Below are positions 36,966 to 48,427 of a stretch of DNA of 64,000 nt, piece after piece; the first letter of the stretch is position 1; every line of letters begins with the position of its first letter. The translations under genes were made by a program, and so were the position numbers. The stretch covers positions 128,001 through 192,000 of the forward strand of contig CBDBKE010000003.1 in the NCBI GenBank assembly GCA_965206645.1, in the 5' to 3' direction. Source of the DNA: Terriglobia bacterium (GTDB taxonomy: Bacteria > Acidobacteriota > Terriglobia > JAJPHL01 > JAPKYU01). The notes below the pieces were generated by a model. That model saw only the letters and a list, made by a program, of their open reading frames with translations, was not told the DNA's origin and made no database searches.

Positions 36966-39864
36966 TCAGTCTTGTTCGGTGGGGACGCGGCGCTTCAGCT
37001 CTTCAAACCAGTTGAGCACGACGTTGATTTGCCTCGGTCGCTCCTCCTGCTCGCCTTCCTTGACCATCAGGAACCGCTGGCCGTCGGACGTGATGTCGTA
37101 ATCTGCACGCAACATGCCCTCCTGGTGCCAGTACTGTCCCTCAAACAGTAGGGTGGGGGTGCCCGCACGAAAGGTTGGCTGCGTTGTAATCTCAACGGCC
37201 ATCATCTTGTTGCCCTCGCGGTAGAACAGTTCCCTCCCGTTCTTTGCCCAGACCGGCTCATTGCCGCCTTCGGTGGAGATCTGCCTCTTGCCGCCGGGGC
37301 CGGGAAACGGCCGGACATAGACTTCGTACCGGCTGGACTCATTGGACGTATAGGCGAGCCAGTGACCGTCCGGGGAGAACACCGCCGCGCCTTCATCAAA
37401 TTGGGTTTGGAGGAACGGGCGCGGCTTGCGCTCCCCCTGCAACGGAAGAACCCAGATGTCCATGGCCGTGGTGGAATGAAGTTCATCAAAAGCCAGCACT
37501 TGCCCGTCCGGCGACCAGGATGAAGGGTATTGGGTGAGTTCGCTTTCCGTTAGCTGCTCTACCGGGCCGCTGCCGTCGGCAGGTTTCCAAAACAGATTCT
37601 CAGCTCCGCCAGCCCTGCTCGAACCAAATGCCACCCGCTTTCCATCTGGCAGCCAGCGGGGCAAATTCCCCTGTTCAAACGTCAGCCGGGTCAATGTCCC
37701 CCGGGGGATGTGGTAAATCCAGATGTCAGAGTTTCCTTCGGGCCCAATCTGGACGGCCAGCCGCTGGCCGTCGGGTGAGAGGCGGGGGGCGTCATAGCGG
37801 CGTGGAGGTAAAGCCAGGGGCTCGACCGCTCCCCGGCGATCTACCCGGACCAGCGTGCGCTCGCTTCCCCCAACACCAGCCGGGATATAGACGAGCGATC
37901 CGCTCTCAGACACGCTGAACGGTGTCTCTCCATAGCCATACATCGCGATACCCTCGAGGACGACGGCGGGCGGTCCTGTTAACTGGCGCTGGTCGAGATC
38001 AAAGGGCGCCGCCAACAGCTTGCCTGCCCATCCATAGACGAGGTGTCCGGTTGGCACATACCGAGCATGCCCGCCGCGCCCGATCAGGGTCCGCCGCTCG
38101 CCAGCTTCCAGGGAAAGCAAACCGACTGAGGAACCGCTTGTTTGCCCAACAGTAAATAGCACTGACTTGCCTCCCGGGAGGACCTGCGGCCAGGCATGAT
38201 AGCGTTCCACACCTTCGACCACACTGGCGAGCACCTCAGGTGTACCCCCGGCGGCCGAAATTCGGAACAGACCGTAGTTGCCTGCGAAAATGAGACCGTC
38301 CCCGTTCGGAGTCCAGCTTAGACCGAGATACCCGGCTGTTATTGTAGTTGCACAGGGTCTGGAGAGCGCCCCCGGAAACCGACACTTTCTTTAGCAGTCC
38401 GTCAAGTCCGCCGAAGGCGAGCCACTTCCCATCGGGAGAAAAACTACCATGGTACGCTCCCGCAGTGCCCGGAATCGGCTTGCTCTCCAGTTCGTTTAAT
38501 CGACGCACGTAGAGCTGCTGCCGGCTGCTTCCCGTGCGGGCGTTATAGGCGATCTGTGTGCCATCGGGTGAAATCCCCAGGTCCGGACTCAATTCCCAAA
38601 AAGTTTGACCCTGCGGGAGGTTAATGACCACTCGGCTGACGGGCCGCTGCGCGGGTGGACTGGCTCGCCAAGGACTCCAGAGAGCGACCCCCAGCATGAC
38701 GGCCAGCAAGCCGGCCAGCATCCACGGAATTGCTCGCCGCCATGGCGCGGGCTGTGCTTCACCGATCGCCAGTTCGGCCGCCGCCAATGCCTGCGGGGGT
38801 TCGCTGAGCGCCTCCTTGATCTCGATCCGCGCGTCCGCCATGTCATGGTGACGCCGCTTGGAGTCCTTGCGCAGGCATCTACGCAGTAGAGCTTGAATGC
38901 TCGCAGGTGTGGTCTGAGGGAGCGCCTGCCAGTCTGGCTCGCGTTCCAGGATGGCGGCAATGGTGTCCGACGCCGCGGCGCCGGCGAAGGCCCTTTGGCC
39001 AGTGAGCAGCTCATAAAGCACGCAGCCGAATGCCCAGATGTCGGCCCGCTTGTCCACAGCTCGCCCCCGGGCCTGATCCGGGCTCATGTAGCCGACAGTG
39101 CCCAGAATCACTACCGTCTCCGTGCCGGCAGCGCTCACCGTTCCGGCCTTGGAAAGATCGGCGCCCGCCGGCTGCGCCTTAGCCAGACCAAAGTCCAACA
39201 CCTTCACCTGGCCCTCCGGCGTCACCTTGACGTTGGCCGGCTTCAAGTCCCGGTGGATCACCCCCCGCTCATGGGCGGCCTCCAGCGCCTCGGCAATCTG
39301 GGCACAGACCCGCAGCGCCTCCGCAACCTCCAGCGGCCCGGCCTTCAGCCGCTCGGCCAGGGTCTCCCCCGGCACCAGCTCCAGCACTAAGAAGCGCACC
39401 CCGTCGGACTCCTCCAGCGTGTGGATGGCCCCAATGTGGGGGTGGTTCAGCGAGGCCAGCATCCGCGCCTCCCGCTCCAGGCGCGCCAGCCGCTCCGAGT
39501 CCTGCGAAAACACCTCCGGCAGGACCTTGAGGGCCACGTCGCGACCCAACTTGTGGTCATGTGCCCGGTACACTTCTCCCATCCCGCCGGCACCCAGCAG
39601 GGAAAGGATCTGGTAGGAACTGATTTGCTGGCCCAGTAGCGACCGACCTGAATCTTCTGCCATGACTTTGACGGCCACCTCCAGCGCCGGCGCTTCCAGG
39701 AAGCTCCCCGTCGCCGCCTCCTATGCCAGCGGCGACTCGACCTCCCGCCGCAGCGCCTCGTCGCCGGCGCAGACTTCTTTCAGGAACGCGGCGCGCTGGC
39801 CCTCTTCCCGCTCCAGCGCAGCGTGATAGATCTCTTCGACCTTTTGCCAACGTTCCGGCTTCAT
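36966..39864 (-). pseudogene. Ser/Thr protein kinase with TolB/PD40 repeats (in-frame TAG at 39721-39723, frameshift near 38330)
   Basis: MKPERWQKVEEIY, LGAGGMGEVY, HRDLKPAN, DFG, TM segment, multiple SPDG repeats, VVLNWFEELKR. Confidence 0.9.
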
Positions 39865-39949
39865 CCCGTTTCTACACCGTAGCCCACCAATGACGGTGAA
39901 CATGATGGCGGCCAGCTTTCCCTGTGGAGCTTCAGCCGTGGTAGTACCC

Positions 39950-40045
39950 GAGAGTCTGCTCACTCATGGAGCAAGAGCCCCCTCTGGGGGGCCATGCTAC
40001 GCCTCACCCACAGGCAAGTCAACGTGGCGCCCCGGCCGGTCGCGC
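39950..40045 (-). promoter_or_regulatory. Repeated promoter/leader element, copy 2
   Basis: TTGACT(40022-40017)-17-TAGCAT(39999-39994); matches 28462-28555. Confidence 0.75.
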
Positions 40046-40152
40046 GACGTCGCCAAACAGGGCAACGAGGGATCAGAAGAGAAGGTCGGTTACAAAACTC
40101 GGCTACAAACTAAGGGTCGACGACCCTTGAACACAAGTCTGCAACGGCTCAT

Positions 40153-41580
40153 TCAGATGTCGTAGTAGAGGGCGAATTCATAGGGGTGCGGGCGCAGCCG
40201 GACAGCCTGGGCTTCGTTCCTCATCTTGTAGTCCACCCAGGTCTGGATCAATTCCTCGGTGAAGACGTCGCCCTTCAGCAGGAACTGGTGGTCGTTCTCC
40301 AGCGCCTTCAACGCCTCCTCCAATGAGCCGGGTAGCGCGGGGACATCGCGCAGCTCCTCGGGGGAAAGGTCGTAAATATCTTTGTCCAGGGGTTCGCCCG
40401 GATGGATCTTGTTCTCGATCCCGTCCAGGCCGGCCATGAGCATGGCCACAAAGGCCAGGTAGGGATTCGCGGAGGGGTCCGGCGGACGGAACTCAATTCG
40501 TTTGCTCTTCGGGTTGACCGAGTACATCGGGATGCGGACGGCCGCGCTGCGGTTCCGTCGGGAGTAGGCCAGATTCACCGGCGCTTCGAATCCGGGCACT
40601 CCCAACCGCTTGTAGGAATTGGTGGTGGGGGCGGCAAAGGCCACCACGGCCGGCGCGTGCTTCAGCACCCCGCCGATGTACCATAGCGCCATCTGACTGA
40701 GCCCGGCGTAGCAATCTCCGGCAAACAACGGCTTGCCGTCTTTCCACAGGCTCTGGTGGGTGTGCATGCCGCTTCCGTTGTCCTGAAACAGCGGCTTGGG
40801 CATAAACGTGGCGGTCTTCCCATACTGGTTTGCCACCTGCCGCACGATGTACTTGTAGAGCATCATGAAGTCAGCCGCCCGCACCAGGGTATTGAATTTC
40901 TGGTCAATCTCCGCCTGGCCTCCGGTAGCCACCTCGTGGTGGTGGCATTCCACTTCCAGACCGCATTTCTCCATGGTGAGGGCCATCTCGCTGCGCAGGT
41001 CCTGGTAGTGGTCGGTGGGCGCCACCGGGAAATATCCTTCCTTGTAGCGCGGGCGGTAGCCGAGGTTGTCGGCTTCGCGGCCGGAATTCCAGCGGCCTTC
41101 TTCGGCGTCAATGAAATAGAAGCCGCAGTTCTCACGCTGGTCGAAGCGAATACTGTCAAAGACAAAGAACTGGGCCTCGGCGCCGAAGTAAACTGCGTCG
41201 GCGATCCCGGTGTAGCGCAGGTAGGCTTCGGCTTTATTGGCGATGTAGCGTGGGTCGCGCTCGTAATGCTGCTTGGTGATCGGGTCAATAATGTCTCCGA
41301 TCATCACCAGCGTCGGCACGTCGGTAAACGAGTCCAGCATGTGCCAGCTTGGATCCGGGATCAGCAGCATGTCGCTTTCATGGATGGCGGCCCAGCCGCG
41401 GATGCTCGAGCCGTCAATCCCGAAGCCGTCTTCAAAACTGCGCTCACTCAGTTGCCGGATGGGGAACGAGACGTGGTGCCACAGGCCCGGCAGGTCAGTA
41501 AAGCGGATGTCCACAAACTTGACCTCGTTTTTGCGGGCGAATTGCAAGATCTCGCTGGGGTCTTTCCGCTCGACAGTCAT
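40153..41580 (-). CDS. glnA: Glutamine synthetase type I
   Basis: [19 protein letters not shown]...[23 protein letters not shown]. Confidence 0.97.
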   Translation of the reverse strand: MTVERKDPSEILQFARKNEVKFVDIRFTDLPGLWHHVSFPIRQLSERSFEDGFGIDGSSIRGWAAIHESDMLLIPDPSWHMLDSFTDVPTLVMIGDIIDPITKQHYERDPRYIANKAEAYLRYTGIADAVYFGAEAQFFVFDSIRFDQRENCGFYFIDAEEGRWNSGREADNLGYRPRYKEGYFPVAPTDHYQDLRSEMALTMEKCGLEVECHHHEVATGGQAEIDQKFNTLVRAADFMMLYKYIVRQVANQYGKTATFMPKPLFQDNGSGMHTHQSLWKDGKPLFAGDCYAGLSQMALWYIGGVLKHAPAVVAFAAPTTNSYKRLGVPGFEAPVNLAYSRRNRSAAVRIPMYSVNPKSKRIEFRPPDPSANPYLAFVAMLMAGLDGIENKIHPGEPLDKDIYDLSPEELRDVPALPGSLEEALKALENDHQFLLKGDVFTEELIQTWVDYKMRNEAQAVRLRPHPYEFALYYDI

Positions 41581-42071
41581 GGGAACCTCCAAGGTGTCTT
41601 ACGTCCGCGGCCTGCCAGCCAGCCTGGCTGGTCGCCTGGCCTGGGACCGAGTCGTCGCCCCCTGCACCGCACGGGCGAGTGAAGCCACAGTAGTCCACCC
41701 GCCACGGTAGTTCACCTAATAGTTCAGGTCAAGCGGCGTGGAAATTGAACGATTCGATGACGGGTATCAAGAAAACCTATTGGACAAGGGGCAAAAGCAA
41801 ACCAGGCATCTCCTCTAATGAAATAGCTCTGTGAGGCGGCGGAAGGAAATGTGAAGATTCCTCGTCCGGAACCTAGTGTTACAGGTCGCCCTGGCTCCTT
41901 CCTGTGCCGCTGGGCTGTGCCGCCGGGGCCAGCGCTGGCCGATCAGCAAATTTCGTTGACGCTCCCAAGCGTTTCTGCTACGGTCAGTCGCGAAAAAAAC
42001 TCCCGCTGCCAGTGGTGTGTGTGAACCGGCAGGAGGCCGAGCTTTGCACAAGGAGGAATCCTAGGGGATAG

Positions 42072-42623
42072 ATGTTCGTCGCCAAAAAGATCTTCCTCAC
42101 CAAGGGGGTCGGCAAACACCGGGAACGGCTGACCAGCTTTGAATTGGCCCTCCGCAATGCCGGCATTGCCGCCTGTAATCTTGTCCGCGTTTCCAGCATT
42201 TTCCCGCCACGATGCAAGCTGATCTCCCGCCCCAGCGGGCTGAAGTTACTGCGTCCCGGACAGGTGGTGTTTGCCGTGGTTGCGGAGAATGCTACCCGCG
42301 AAGCCCACCGGTTAGTCGCCGCCACCATTGGCCTGGCCCTGCCCGCAGACCGCAATGCCTACGGCTACCTGGCCGAACACCACTCCTTTGGGGAAACCGA
42401 GGAGGTGGCGGGCGAGTACGCCGAGGAGCTGGCGGCAGAAATGCTGGCCACCACACTGAACGTCGAGTTTGACCCGGACCGCAGTTGGGACGAGAAGAAA
42501 GAGATTTACCGCATTTCCAATAAGATCGTGCGGACCATGAACAACACCCAGTCGGCTGTGGGCGATAAGCACGGCCGCTGGTCCACGGTGATCTCCTGCG
42601 CGATTCTGCTAGGGGATGACTGA
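42072..42623 (+). CDS. pdaD: Pyruvoyl-dependent arginine decarboxylase
   Basis: [25 protein letters not shown] with SS cleavage site, YGYLAEH. Confidence 0.9.
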   Translation: MFVAKKIFLTKGVGKHRERLTSFELALRNAGIAACNLVRVSSIFPPRCKLISRPSGLKLLRPGQVVFAVVAENATREAHRLVAATIGLALPADRNAYGYLAEHHSFGETEEVAGEYAEELAAEMLATTLNVEFDPDRSWDEKKEIYRISNKIVRTMNNTQSAVGDKHGRWSTVISCAILLGDD

Positions 42624-43731
42624 TTCTGTTCCCAAGGACCATAGAAAGGGCTCGAGCATGCACCACTCAACCGCTCTGACGGGCGCCCAGGCCCGTCCCA
42701 GCAAGAAGGAGATTTTGTCCCATCCTACCCGGCCGGTGACGGTTGATGAAGACAAGACGGTGGCCGGGCTCCTGGAGAAGATGCGGGGCTCTTCCTTCCA
42801 GGGGAGAAACCTGGCCGACGCGTTTCAGATCTGGAAGAGCATGCTTCAGGACGAATGCACCATCATGATGGGCATGAGTGGCGCCATGATCCCGGCCGGG
42901 ATGCGCCGTCTGGTGGTCTGGTTGATCCAGAACCGGGCCATTGACTGCCTGGTCTCGACCGGCGCCCAGTTTTTCCACGACATTCACGAGTCTCTGGGAC
43001 GGTTGCACTACCAGTCCTCTCCGGTGGTAGACGACGTGCTGCTGGCCGAAAACCTGGTGGACCGCATGTACGACACGCTGGCCGATGAGGCCGAGTTCCG
43101 TGAGGAAGATGAGTGGGTGGGCCAGTTCGCTTCACGGCTGGATCAGTCTCGCGCCTATACGACGCGGGAGTTTCTCTATCTGCTGGGAGAAGAGGTCGCC
43201 AAGCACGCCAAAGAGGAAGGGATGGTGACTGCCGCTTACAGAGCGGGCATCCCATTGTACTGTCCGGCGATCGCCGATTCCTCGATCGGCATTGGGATCG
43301 CCCAGAATCGCTACTTCGGCCGTAACTCCTTTATGTTTGACGTGATCCAGGACGTGGTGGAAACCTCACTGATTACCGCGCGCTCGCCCAACACCGGGGT
43401 GGTCTACTTCGGCGGCGGCACCCCCAAGAACTTCATCCAGCAGGCGGAGGTCACCGCCATCATGATCAAGAGCGATGTGAGCGGGCACAAGTACGCCCTG
43501 CAGGTGGTGACGGACGCGCCTCACTGGGGGGGGTTGTCCGGCTGCACCTTCGAGGAGGCTCAGAGTTGGGGCAAGATTGCCAAGGATGCGCGGATGGTCA
43601 GTTGTCATTGCGATGCCACCATCGGCATGCCTATGTTGGTTACGGCCCTGTCCCAGCACCCGGAGCTGTTCGAGAATCGCAGGCGGCCCTCGTTTCAGAT
43701 GGGGCGAGACTTCGACGTGCGCTTCGAGTAG
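42616..43731 (+). CDS. Deoxyhypusine synthase-like protein (polyamine/homospermidine synthesis)
   Basis: [46 protein letters not shown]. Confidence 0.9.
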   Translation: MTDSVPKDHRKGSSMHHSTALTGAQARPSKKEILSHPTRPVTVDEDKTVAGLLEKMRGSSFQGRNLADAFQIWKSMLQDECTIMMGMSGAMIPAGMRRLVVWLIQNRAIDCLVSTGAQFFHDIHESLGRLHYQSSPVVDDVLLAENLVDRMYDTLADEAEFREEDEWVGQFASRLDQSRAYTTREFLYLLGEEVAKHAKEEGMVTAAYRAGIPLYCPAIADSSIGIGIAQNRYFGRNSFMFDVIQDVVETSLITARSPNTGVVYFGGGTPKNFIQQAEVTAIMIKSDVSGHKYALQVVTDAPHWGGLSGCTFEEAQSWGKIAKDARMVSCHCDATIGMPMLVTALSQHPELFENRRRPSFQMGRDFDVRFE

Positions 43732-43843
43732 GCACAGCCGCGCACGCCCGTGGGCAATAAGGTCGCGCACCGGGTGGAAAGCCGGGTGGAAAGTTAGATG
43801 AGATCGTGCCGGCAACTATGGTTGTGCACGCGGTTTTTCGGGC

Positions 43844-44029
43844 CTAGGTAGACACCGCCACCGGCTTGGATTCGGGCGCATCCTGCGCCAGAAAACGCTC
43901 CTGCTCCAGACACACCGAGCAAAACTCGCCCTCGCCATGCTCGGGGCACATGTCGGCGCTGCACTCCACGCAGGTTTCCGGAGCTTCGCTGATCTTTCCT
44001 TGCTGGAAGCACAGGTCGCAGATGGTCAC
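43844..44029 (-). CDS. Small Cys-rich Zn-finger protein
   Basis: CDLC, CVEC...C..H, CSVC; GTGA overlap with upstream gene. Confidence 0.65.
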   Translation of the reverse strand: MTICDLCFQQGKISEAPETCVECSADMCPEHGEGEFCSVCLEQERFLAQDAPESKPVAVST

Positions 44030-44331
44030 GGGCGAATTCCTTTCCGCGGCGGCTGGCAGCCGCCGGCAATGGAGGGAATCAACAGGACTTCATCCCCCTC
44101 GGCGAAGGTGTAGTTGGTGCCGCCGAGGAAGCGGATGTCCTCGTCATTCACGTAGACGTTGAGGAACGGGCGTGGCTGGCCCTGCTCGTCGCACAGGTTC
44201 TTCGTAAGCCCGGGGAACCGGCCTTCCAGCTCCTGGAACAATTGCGGCAGGTTCGCCGCCGTACAATTCACCTCCTCGACGCCCTGGGTGTGGCGGCGAA
44301 AGGGAGAACCCAGTCGAACTGTCACTGCCAT
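44026..44331 (-). CDS. MoaD/ThiS-family sulfur carrier with C-terminal extension
   Basis: FLNVYVNDEDIRF...IPSIAGG-CQPPRKGIRP. Confidence 0.88.
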   Translation of the reverse strand: MAVTVRLGSPFRRHTQGVEEVNCTAANLPQLFQELEGRFPGLTKNLCDEQGQPRPFLNVYVNDEDIRFLGGTNYTFAEGDEVLLIPSIAGGCQPPRKGIRP

Positions 44332-44405
44332 CTTTACTCCTCGGCCCGCGAAGGGGCCTGAACTCGAAGTCTCCCGCTTTCCAGCGTGACGGATCAGGTT
44401 GCCGC

Positions 44406-45680
44406 TCAGTTCGCCACGGCGGCCTGGCCAACCGGTACAGCAGCTTCTGAAGCGCTACCGAGTACCACGCGGTCAAACTCGGCCAGCTTGGGGGCAATGG
44501 TAAATTCCCGCCCGCCCACGCCCGAGACCGCTTCGGTAGTCTTCAATCCGTTCCCGGTGATGCAGAGCACCGTGGTCTCGTCGGGCGCAATGCGACCTTC
44601 CCGGAGCAGCTTCTGGAAGCAGGCCAGAGTCACGCCACCGGCCGTTTCGGCGAAGATGCCTTCGGTGGAAGCGAGCAGGTGGATTCCTTCGACGATTTCC
44701 TCATCGGAAACGTGCGCGCCCCAACCTCCAGATTCGCGCATCGTCCGGGCGGCGAAGAAGCCGTCGGCCGGGTTGCCGATGGCCAGCGAGCGGGCGATGG
44801 TGTTCGGTTTCTCCGGCAAGATCTGCTCCCGGTGCTCCTCCACAGCTCGCGAGATCGGGGCACAGCCGCTGGCCTGCGCTCCAAAAATTTTCACCCGGCC
44901 CGGCTCGACCAAGCCCAACTGCCCCAGTTCACCAAAGGCCTTGTGAACTCGCCCAATCAGAGAGCCTCCAGCCATGGGAATGACGACAGCCTGGGGCAGT
45001 CGCCAGCCCAGCTGCTCGGCGATCTCGTAGCCCACGGACTTGGAACCCTCGGCGTAAAACGGGCGCAGGTTCACGTTGACGAACGCCCAGCGCCTATGCT
45101 GCGAGACCTGCGTGCACAGCCGGTTGACAGCATCGTAGTTGCCGTTGACGCGCACGAGCGTGGCCCCGTAGATCCGGGTGTTCACCAGCTTGGCTTCTTC
45201 CAGCTCGGCCGGCACAAACACCACCGCTTTCAGGCCGGCAAAAGCCGCCTGCGCGGCCACGGCGTTGGCCAGGTTCCCGGTGGAGGAGCACGCAATGGTA
45301 TCAAAGCCGAATTCGATGGCCTTGTTCAGCGCCACCGCGACCACCCGGTCTTTGAAGGAGAGCGTGGGGAAGTTCACCGCGTCGTTCTTGAGGTAGAGCG
45401 CGCGGTGCCCCAACGCTTGGCCCAGATGCTTGGCCGGCAGCAGCGGGGTGAAGCCCACCGGTAGGGGCGCGGCGGGCGGGCCGCTCAGGGGTAGCAACTC
45501 TTGGTAGCGCCACAGATTGAGGGGTCGTGACTCGAAGGCACGCGGCGGAAGCTGCTTCCGCAGTGCCGCGTAATCGTAGGTCGGCTCCAGAGGAGCGAAG
45601 CACTCTTCACAAATCGAGGCCGGCTCCGCGGCGACTAAACGCCCGCATCCGCGGCAGGTGAGCCCCAGCAAGTAGTTCAT
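44406..45680 (-). CDS. thrC: Threonine synthase-family PLP enzyme
   Basis: PTLSFKDR, CSSTGNLANA, NLRPFYAEGSK, TGNGLK. Confidence 0.88.
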   Translation of the reverse strand: MNYLLGLTCRGCGRLVAAEPASICEECFAPLEPTYDYAALRKQLPPRAFESRPLNLWRYQELLPLSGPPAAPLPVGFTPLLPAKHLGQALGHRALYLKNDAVNFPTLSFKDRVVAVALNKAIEFGFDTIACSSTGNLANAVAAQAAFAGLKAVVFVPAELEEAKLVNTRIYGATLVRVNGNYDAVNRLCTQVSQHRRWAFVNVNLRPFYAEGSKSVGYEIAEQLGWRLPQAVVIPMAGGSLIGRVHKAFGELGQLGLVEPGRVKIFGAQASGCAPISRAVEEHREQILPEKPNTIARSLAIGNPADGFFAARTMRESGGWGAHVSDEEIVEGIHLLASTEGIFAETAGGVTLACFQKLLREGRIAPDETTVLCITGNGLKTTEAVSGVGGREFTIAPKLAEFDRVVLGSASEAAVPVGQAAVAN

Positions 45681-45742
45681 CGTTCCTTCCTTACTGTCCC
45701 TGATCCGTACTTGCTAGGAGGTCGCCTTACTCGGCGGGCAAC

Positions 45743-45770
45743 AAAAAACCCCTTCCGGGGCTGGAAGAGG
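45743..45770 (-). terminator. Riboswitch-linked intrinsic terminator
   Basis: CCTCTTCC-AGCCCC-GGAAGGGG-TTTTTT on the minus strand. Confidence 0.8.
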
Positions 45771-45792
45771 TCATTTCTCTACCTCGCCCCCT

Positions 45793-45915
45793 AACATCTT
45801 CCCCCGTGCCTTCACGGAGCAGGAGTTGGCACCTCGACCCCCCGCTCTTGAAAACCCAGCGGGGGCGGTTGCCGTGGCGTCTACGGGCCTGTTCCCTCAG
45901 CCACTCTGGATGATT
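45793..45915 (-). ncRNA. SAM-I (S-box) riboswitch
   Basis: ATCCAGAG...GAGGGA..GGCCC....GGCAACC...GGTGCCAACTCC...GAAGATG. Confidence 0.93.
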
Positions 45916-46080
45916 CAGGGACTGAATCAACTATTCAATTGTCGAGCAGAATTGTAACCAGCGGGTGGGGAAGATGTCAACATGAATTTTACTCCTCTTT
46001 CCAATGACCGGCCAACCATCCGGATTGCAGCCTCCAACAGGGCGTTATCCGCTTATAATTATCGGGCACGACGGCTGGTA

Positions 46081-46854
46081 ATGGAACGGGCTGCATCGCC
46101 TCTGGCATCGCCCCTGGCATCTCCTCTGCCATCTCCTCTGATTGTTGCGCTGGATTTTCCCTCCGCCGAGCCGGCCGTCCAGCTCGTCGAGTGCTTGCGG
46201 GCTGTTCCGGTGGAGTTGTTCAAGGTAGGCAGCGAGCTGTTTACCGCCGCCGGTCCTCAATTTGTGTCCGAGACCTTGCGGCAGAAAAACCGGGCCGTAT
46301 TTCTCGACCTGAAATTCCACGACATTCCCAACACGGTAGCGGGCGCTGCGCGTGCCGCTGCCCGCCTGGGCGTATCGCTGCTAACGGTGCACGCAGCGGG
46401 CGGCCTGGCCATGATGCGTGCCGCCGCCGGCGCGGTCCGCGAGGTTTCGCCAGAAACCCGCTTGCTGGCAGTGACGATGCTGACCAGTCTGGCCCAGGAG
46501 GACCTCGTGCGCGGAGGCGTGGCTGGTGCGCCCCAGGACCATGTGTTGCGCCTGACGGAGATGGCCGTCCAGGCGGGGCTGGACGGCGTGGTGGCTTCTC
46601 CTGAGGAAGTCGCCGCGTTACGTCGGCACTTTCCCCGACCGTTTCTCTTGGTCACGCCCGGGATTCGCCCAAGTTGGGCGAGGAGAACGTCGGCGCAGGC
46701 AGAAGATCAACAGCGGGTGGCGACCCCCGCCGGCGCACTGGCTGCTGGCGCCGATTTAATCGTGGTCGGCCGCCCGATCACCGCCGCCCCCGATCCAGAG
46801 GAAGCAGCGAACAGAGTCCTGGAGGAACTGCAAGCGGGTACCAGACCCTTCTGA
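46081..46854 (+). CDS. pyrF: Orotidine-5'-phosphate decarboxylase
   Basis: IVALD, FLDLKFHDIPNTV, TPGIR, VVGRPI. Confidence 0.96.
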   Translation: MERAASPLASPLASPLPSPLIVALDFPSAEPAVQLVECLRAVPVELFKVGSELFTAAGPQFVSETLRQKNRAVFLDLKFHDIPNTVAGAARAAARLGVSLLTVHAAGGLAMMRAAAGAVREVSPETRLLAVTMLTSLAQEDLVRGGVAGAPQDHVLRLTEMAVQAGLDGVVASPEEVAALRRHFPRPFLLVTPGIRPSWARRTSAQAEDQQRVATPAGALAAGADLIVVGRPITAAPDPEEAANRVLEELQAGTRPF

Positions 46855-46960
46855 TCTTTAGCCTTTCCTGGCGGTCTCTTGTCTCTTCCTTTGAGGTATA
46901 CTGGCGACCAGCAGTAGGAGCTGTAGCGGGTAACCACTCGGCCTAAAGGGGAGGGCGGAG

Positions 46961-48223
46961 ATGATTTGTCCTCACTGCGGATTTACCAACAAACCCATAG
47001 CCACTCGCTGCGAATGCTGCCTGGGAGACTTGGCTGACGCGTCGGTAGATCCCCTAATGGACACGCAGTCCGCTGCTGAAGCCGCCACGGAACCGGAGCC
47101 AGGTTCGCCGCTCCCACCTTCTGAGGTCCCACCACCCGCCAGTCCCAGCGACATGGAGGAGCAGCCGGCCCCTGCCACCCTTGCTGAACCGAGCCGAGTG
47201 CCAGCTCCTTCGCCGCATGTCCCAAGGGCTGCAACCGCCGTCATTATTGGGCTGGTTGTGCTGGGCGCGCTGGGTGGTTTGTGGTTGATGAGGTCACGGC
47301 TGGGATCGTCGCAACTGTTGAGCGAACGTTTGGGAATCTCGAGCAAGCCAGAGGCAGCGCAGCCCAGCGAACCCGCTGCGCCGGCATCGCCGACGGAAGT
47401 CGCGCCCACCGACCCCGCCACCGACGCGCCATTAGAGACGTCGGCCGAGCCGGGGGCCGAGCAGCCACCGTCCCTCCCTCTTTCCACCGAGACCGTCCCG
47501 GCGGTCTCCCCGGAGGATAAGGCTGCAGAGGCACGCTATCAGAGAGCCGTGAATTCCCTGAGTAGGGGACAGCCTACCCATTCGCGCCGGATGCTCCAGG
47601 AGATCATTCGGAAGTATCCCAACAACCGTTTTGCCGAGGCCGCCCGCGATCTGCTGCAGCGGACACCCAAGCCGCGGCCTGCGCCGGCGCGCAGCCCAAC
47701 CGTGGTGGCCCGAGCGACTCGTCCCTCTGCACGCACGCGACGCCAAGCACCCGGGCCTGTCGCTGACCCAAGCGAGAGCGCCAACGAGGGTAAGCGTTCC
47801 GTCATTACTACAGATGACCTGCTCGAAGGCCGAGGTGGGGCGCGGACTACCCGGCGCCGGAAGCAGACTTCAATTCCTCCTTCTCTACGAGCCGCCCAGG
47901 CACGCCCAGTCCAAGGCGCTAGCGCCGCTGCCCGGAACGACGTGCGACTAATCTCCGCCACGCGCCAGCCAGGGAAGGTGGTGCTGTTGGTCCAGTATCA
48001 TCTAGTCAGCCGCCACCAGCGCCCGGTCCTTGTTGGGGCGTGGGCACTTGGCGGGGGTTCGGCCCGGAACTTTGGCTACAGCGCTTCGCCCATCGCCCCG
48101 GGGCGGGGCACCACCACGGTGACCCCGTCCGGCGTCTCTCCCAATTTATCCCGCCTGCGCATCGCTTTCATTGAACAAGGTGGGCAGCGCTTCTTCACCA
48201 AGGACCTGACTGTTCCCAAATGA
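46961..48223 (+). CDS. Hypothetical membrane-anchored protein (Zn ribbon, TM, Pro-rich, TPR-like)
   Basis: CPHC...CECC, one TM segment, IIRKYPNNRFAEAA. Confidence 0.65.
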   Translation: MICPHCGFTNKPIATRCECCLGDLADASVDPLMDTQSAAEAATEPEPGSPLPPSEVPPPASPSDMEEQPAPATLAEPSRVPAPSPHVPRAATAVIIGLVVLGALGGLWLMRSRLGSSQLLSERLGISSKPEAAQPSEPAAPASPTEVAPTDPATDAPLETSAEPGAEQPPSLPLSTETVPAVSPEDKAAEARYQRAVNSLSRGQPTHSRRMLQEIIRKYPNNRFAEAARDLLQRTPKPRPAPARSPTVVARATRPSARTRRQAPGPVADPSESANEGKRSVITTDDLLEGRGGARTTRRRKQTSIPPSLRAAQARPVQGASAAARNDVRLISATRQPGKVVLLVQYHLVSRHQRPVLVGAWALGGGSARNFGYSASPIAPGRGTTTVTPSGVSPNLSRLRIAFIEQGGQRFFTKDLTVPK

Positions 48224-48427
48224 GTTGGTTGACATTGGTCCGCAGTCTAGAGTTCTGGACAGCAGTTCTGTCTAAGTTCCCTAAGATGATCGTTGCGACC
48301 TTGTCCTCCGGAAGATGGGCATTTCTCCGCGAGTGGCCGGTTGGGGAACGACCCTTGCTGAAGAGCCTTGAGGAATTCGGCGGACCGAGGTGAAAGAATC
48401 CGGAATCGTTAAGCCAGAAGGAGAATC

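Noticed and set aside
39721-39723. Pyrrolysine or other recoding of the in-frame TAG in the kinase gene
   Set aside because: It falls in a variable linker and the gene also has a frameshift; a nonsense mutation or error is simpler
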